Source: an uncultured Bacilli bacterium (GTDB lineage: Bacteria; Bacillota_I; Bacilli_A; RF39; UBA660). Taken from it: 64,000 bases of DNA. The notes beneath the pieces are model-generated. The model was not told the origin of the DNA. It saw only the letters and a program-made list of their open reading frames with translations, and made no database searches. The stretch is taken from contig CAKPRO010000010.1 in assembly GCA_934182615.1 (NCBI GenBank), positions 2,494 through 66,493 on the forward strand, read 5' to 3'. The stretch's first letter is position 1, and every line of letters begins with the position of its first letter. Of this stretch, positions 61,944 through 64,000 are shown in pieces. Both the position numbers and the translations under genes were made by a program.

Positions 61944-64000
61944 ATGTTTAAAACACTAAAAAAATTATTTGATAATGAGTATAAAGAATTATATAGATTT
62001 AGTAAATTAGCGGATCAAATAGATGCTCTTGACGAAGAAATGAGTAAATTATCTGATAAAAAACTTGCTAGTTATACTGATAAGTTTAAGAAAAGATTAG
62101 AAGATGGAGAAACACTAGAAGACATTTTGGTTGAGGCTTTTGCTGTTGCAAGAGAGGCTGCTTATAGATGTCTTGGAATGAAACCGTTCTACTGTCAATT
62201 ACTTGGTGGCCTTGCTATTCATTATGGTAATATTGCAGAAATGAAAACTGGTGAAGGTAAAACACTTACTTGTGTACTTCCTGCTTATTTAAATGCTTTA
62301 ACTGGAAAAGGTGTTCATATCGTTACAGTTAATGAATTCTTATCTACTAGAGATTCTGAATGGATGGGTAGTATATTTAAGTTCTTAGGTCTTACTGTAG
62401 GTCTTAACTTAAGAGAACTTTCTTTTAAAGAAAAACAAGAAGCTTATAACTGTGATATTTTATATAGTACTAATAATGAACTTGGTTTTGATTACTTAAG
62501 AGATAACATGGTTGTAAAAAAAGAAAATAGAGTACAAAGACCTCTTAACTATTGTATTGTCGATGAGGTTGACTCTATCTTAATAGATGAGGCTAGAACT
62601 CCTCTTATTATATCTGGCGGAGTTATGCAGTCTGCTAATCTATATATTGATGCTGATAGATATGTTAAAAGTTTAAAAGAAAATGAAGATTACATTATGG
62701 ATGAAAAATCTAAGGCTGTTAGTTTAACTGACGAAGGCAGTAGAAAGGCTGAAGAACATTTTCATCTAGATAATTTATATGATATTAATAATACAGCTTT
62801 AGTACATCATATTAACCAAGCACTTAAAGCAAATTATGCTATGAGTTTAGATGTTGACTACGTTGTACAAGATGGTGAAGTTATTATCGTAGACCAATTT
62901 ACTGGTAGACTTATGAAAGGTAGAGCCTTCTCTGATGGACTTCATCAGGCAATTGAAGCTAAGGAAGGTGTTAAAATTCAACAAGAAACTAAAACTCTTG
63001 CTACAATTACTTTCCAAAACTACTTTAGAATGTATAATAAGATTGCTGGTATGACAGGTACTGCAAAGACTGAAGAAGAAGAATTTAGAAACATTTATAA
63101 TATGTTTGTTATTCAAATTCCTACAAATAAACCAGTTATTAGGGAAGACGCTACTGACTTATTATATCCTGGTAAAGAAGGTAAATATAATGCTATTATT
63201 AAAGAAATAGAAAATAGGCATGCTACTGGTCAACCAGTACTTGTTGGTACTATTGCTATCGAAACTTCTGAACTACTTAGTAAAATGCTTACTAAAAAGA
63301 AGATTCCTCATGAAGTATTAAATGCTAAGAATCATGCTAGAGAGGCTGAAATTATTGCTCATGCTGGTGAAAAAGGTGCTGTTACTATTGCTACCAATAT
63401 GGCTGGTCGTGGTACTGATATTAAACTTGGTGAAGGTGTTAAAGAACTAGGTGGTTTATGTGTTATCGGTAGTGAAAGACATGAATCTAGAAGAATAGAT
63501 AATCAGCTTAGAGGTAGAAGTGGTAGACAAGGAGATCCTGGTTTTACACAATTCTTTGTATCATTTGAAGATGACCTTCTTGTTAGATTCGGTTCTGATA
63601 GATATAAGGATATGCTTAAAAATCTAGGTTTTACTGGGGATATGGCTATTCAGAATAAGATGTTCTCTAAAACTGTTGAATCTGCTCAAAGAAAAGTTGA
63701 GGGTAATAACTTTGATATAAGAAAACAACTTCTTAACTATGATGATGTTATGAATAATCAAAGAGAAATTATCTATGGTAAGAGAAATGAAATATTAGAT
63801 AATGATTCTATTCATGAAACAGTTCTTAATGGTTTTAAGGAATATATTAGTGATATTGTTAATTCACATTTAGTGGAGAGTAATAAACTAAAAGAAAATG
63901 ATTATAGTGAAATACTTGAGGCTGTTAATGAAAATTTACTTAGAAAATATAGAATTAACTTATCTGAAATTAATGGTAAACATCCTAGTGAAGTTATCGA
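61944..64000 (+). CDS. secA: Preprotein translocase ATPase SecA (C-terminus beyond the right edge)
   Basis: ATG 61944 follows AGGAGATGA. Reads [19 protein letters not shown]...[10 protein letters not shown]...[19 protein letters not shown]...[13 protein letters not shown]. Absent from the ORF track because there is no stop in the window. Confidence 0.97.
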   Translation, partial: MFKTLKKLFDNEYKELYRFSKLADQIDALDEEMSKLSDKKLASYTDKFKKRLEDGETLEDILVEAFAVAREAAYRCLGMKPFYCQLLGGLAIHYGNIAEMKTGEGKTLTCVLPAYLNALTGKGVHIVTVNEFLSTRDSEWMGSIFKFLGLTVGLNLRELSFKEKQEAYNCDILYSTNNELGFDYLRDNMVVKKENRVQRPLNYCIVDEVDSILIDEARTPLIISGGVMQSANLYIDADRYVKSLKENEDYIMDEKSKAVSLTDEGSRKAEEHFHLDNLYDINNTALVHHINQALKANYAMSLDVDYVVQDGEVIIVDQFTGRLMKGRAFSDGLHQAIEAKEGVKIQQETKTLATITFQNYFRMYNKIAGMTGTAKTEEEEFRNIYNMFVIQIPTNKPVIREDATDLLYPGKEGKYNAIIKEIENRHATGQPVLVGTIAIETSELLSKMLTKKKIPHEVLNAKNHAREAEIIAHAGEKGAVTIATNMAGRGTDIKLGEGVKELGGLCVIGSERHESRRIDNQLRGRSGRQGDPGFTQFFVSFEDDLLVRFGSDRYKDMLKNLGFTGDMAIQNKMFSKTVESAQRKVEGNNFDIRKQLLNYDDVMNNQREIIYGKRNEILDNDSIHETVLNGFKEYISDIVNSHLVESNKLKENDYSEILEAVNENLLRKYRINLSEINGKHPSEVI

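Noticed and set aside
62847-63116. 89-aa minus-strand ORF
   Set aside because: It lies inside secA, which reads through this region in frame on the plus strand with canonical motifs.

Overview
Very AT-rich, low-GC Firmicute chromosome segment that reads cleanly under the standard code. spoIIR, cwlD, a YtaF/MntP-like gene and YjcZ-type tiny proteins point to an endospore former; the taxon cannot be verified from the sequence alone. Most of the window is housekeeping. It is centred on an origin-type strand switch at about 34.7-35.0 kb. To the left, 39 of 42 genes are on the minus strand (pcrA, tsaE-tsaB-rimI-tsaD, htrA, cwlD, ltaS, rpmE, murA, spoIIR, noc-like, rsmG, mnmG, mnmE, jag, yidC, rnpA, rpmH). 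To the right, 28 of 31 are on the plus strand (soj, spo0J, csp, dnaB/dnaD-like, dnaI, dnaE, gmk, valS, rmuC, prsA-like, hpf, secA). dnaA-dnaN are not in their usual slot next to rpmH. I added several genes the ORF track lacks: secA (61944 to the right edge), an ArsR-like fragment at the left edge, rpmH, an AgrD-type propeptide, two YjcZ-like tiny membrane proteins, a 27-aa hydrophobic peptide and a 39-aa membrane peptide. Several track starts were moved to ATG/GTG codons with a proper RBS. Accessory content includes a convergent agrBD / agrCA-like quorum-sensing locus, an Abi_2 (HEPN) gene abutting htrA, and an orphan holin-amidase cassette next to a candidate type I toxin-antitoxin pair. It also includes a 634-aa protein with seven 21-residue LRR-like repeats and a two-gene islet between hpf and secA. 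I saw no rRNA, tRNA, CRISPR array, transposase or integrase. The most unusual signals are non-coding: (1) a modular hairpin repeat family with seven copies, (2) a two-hairpin element present twice with compensatory stem changes, and (3) palindromic terminators whose arms resemble DnaA boxes. Three phased Spo0A-box matches also sit in front of an orphan histidine kinase. All functional calls come from motif recognition by eye; no database search was possible.
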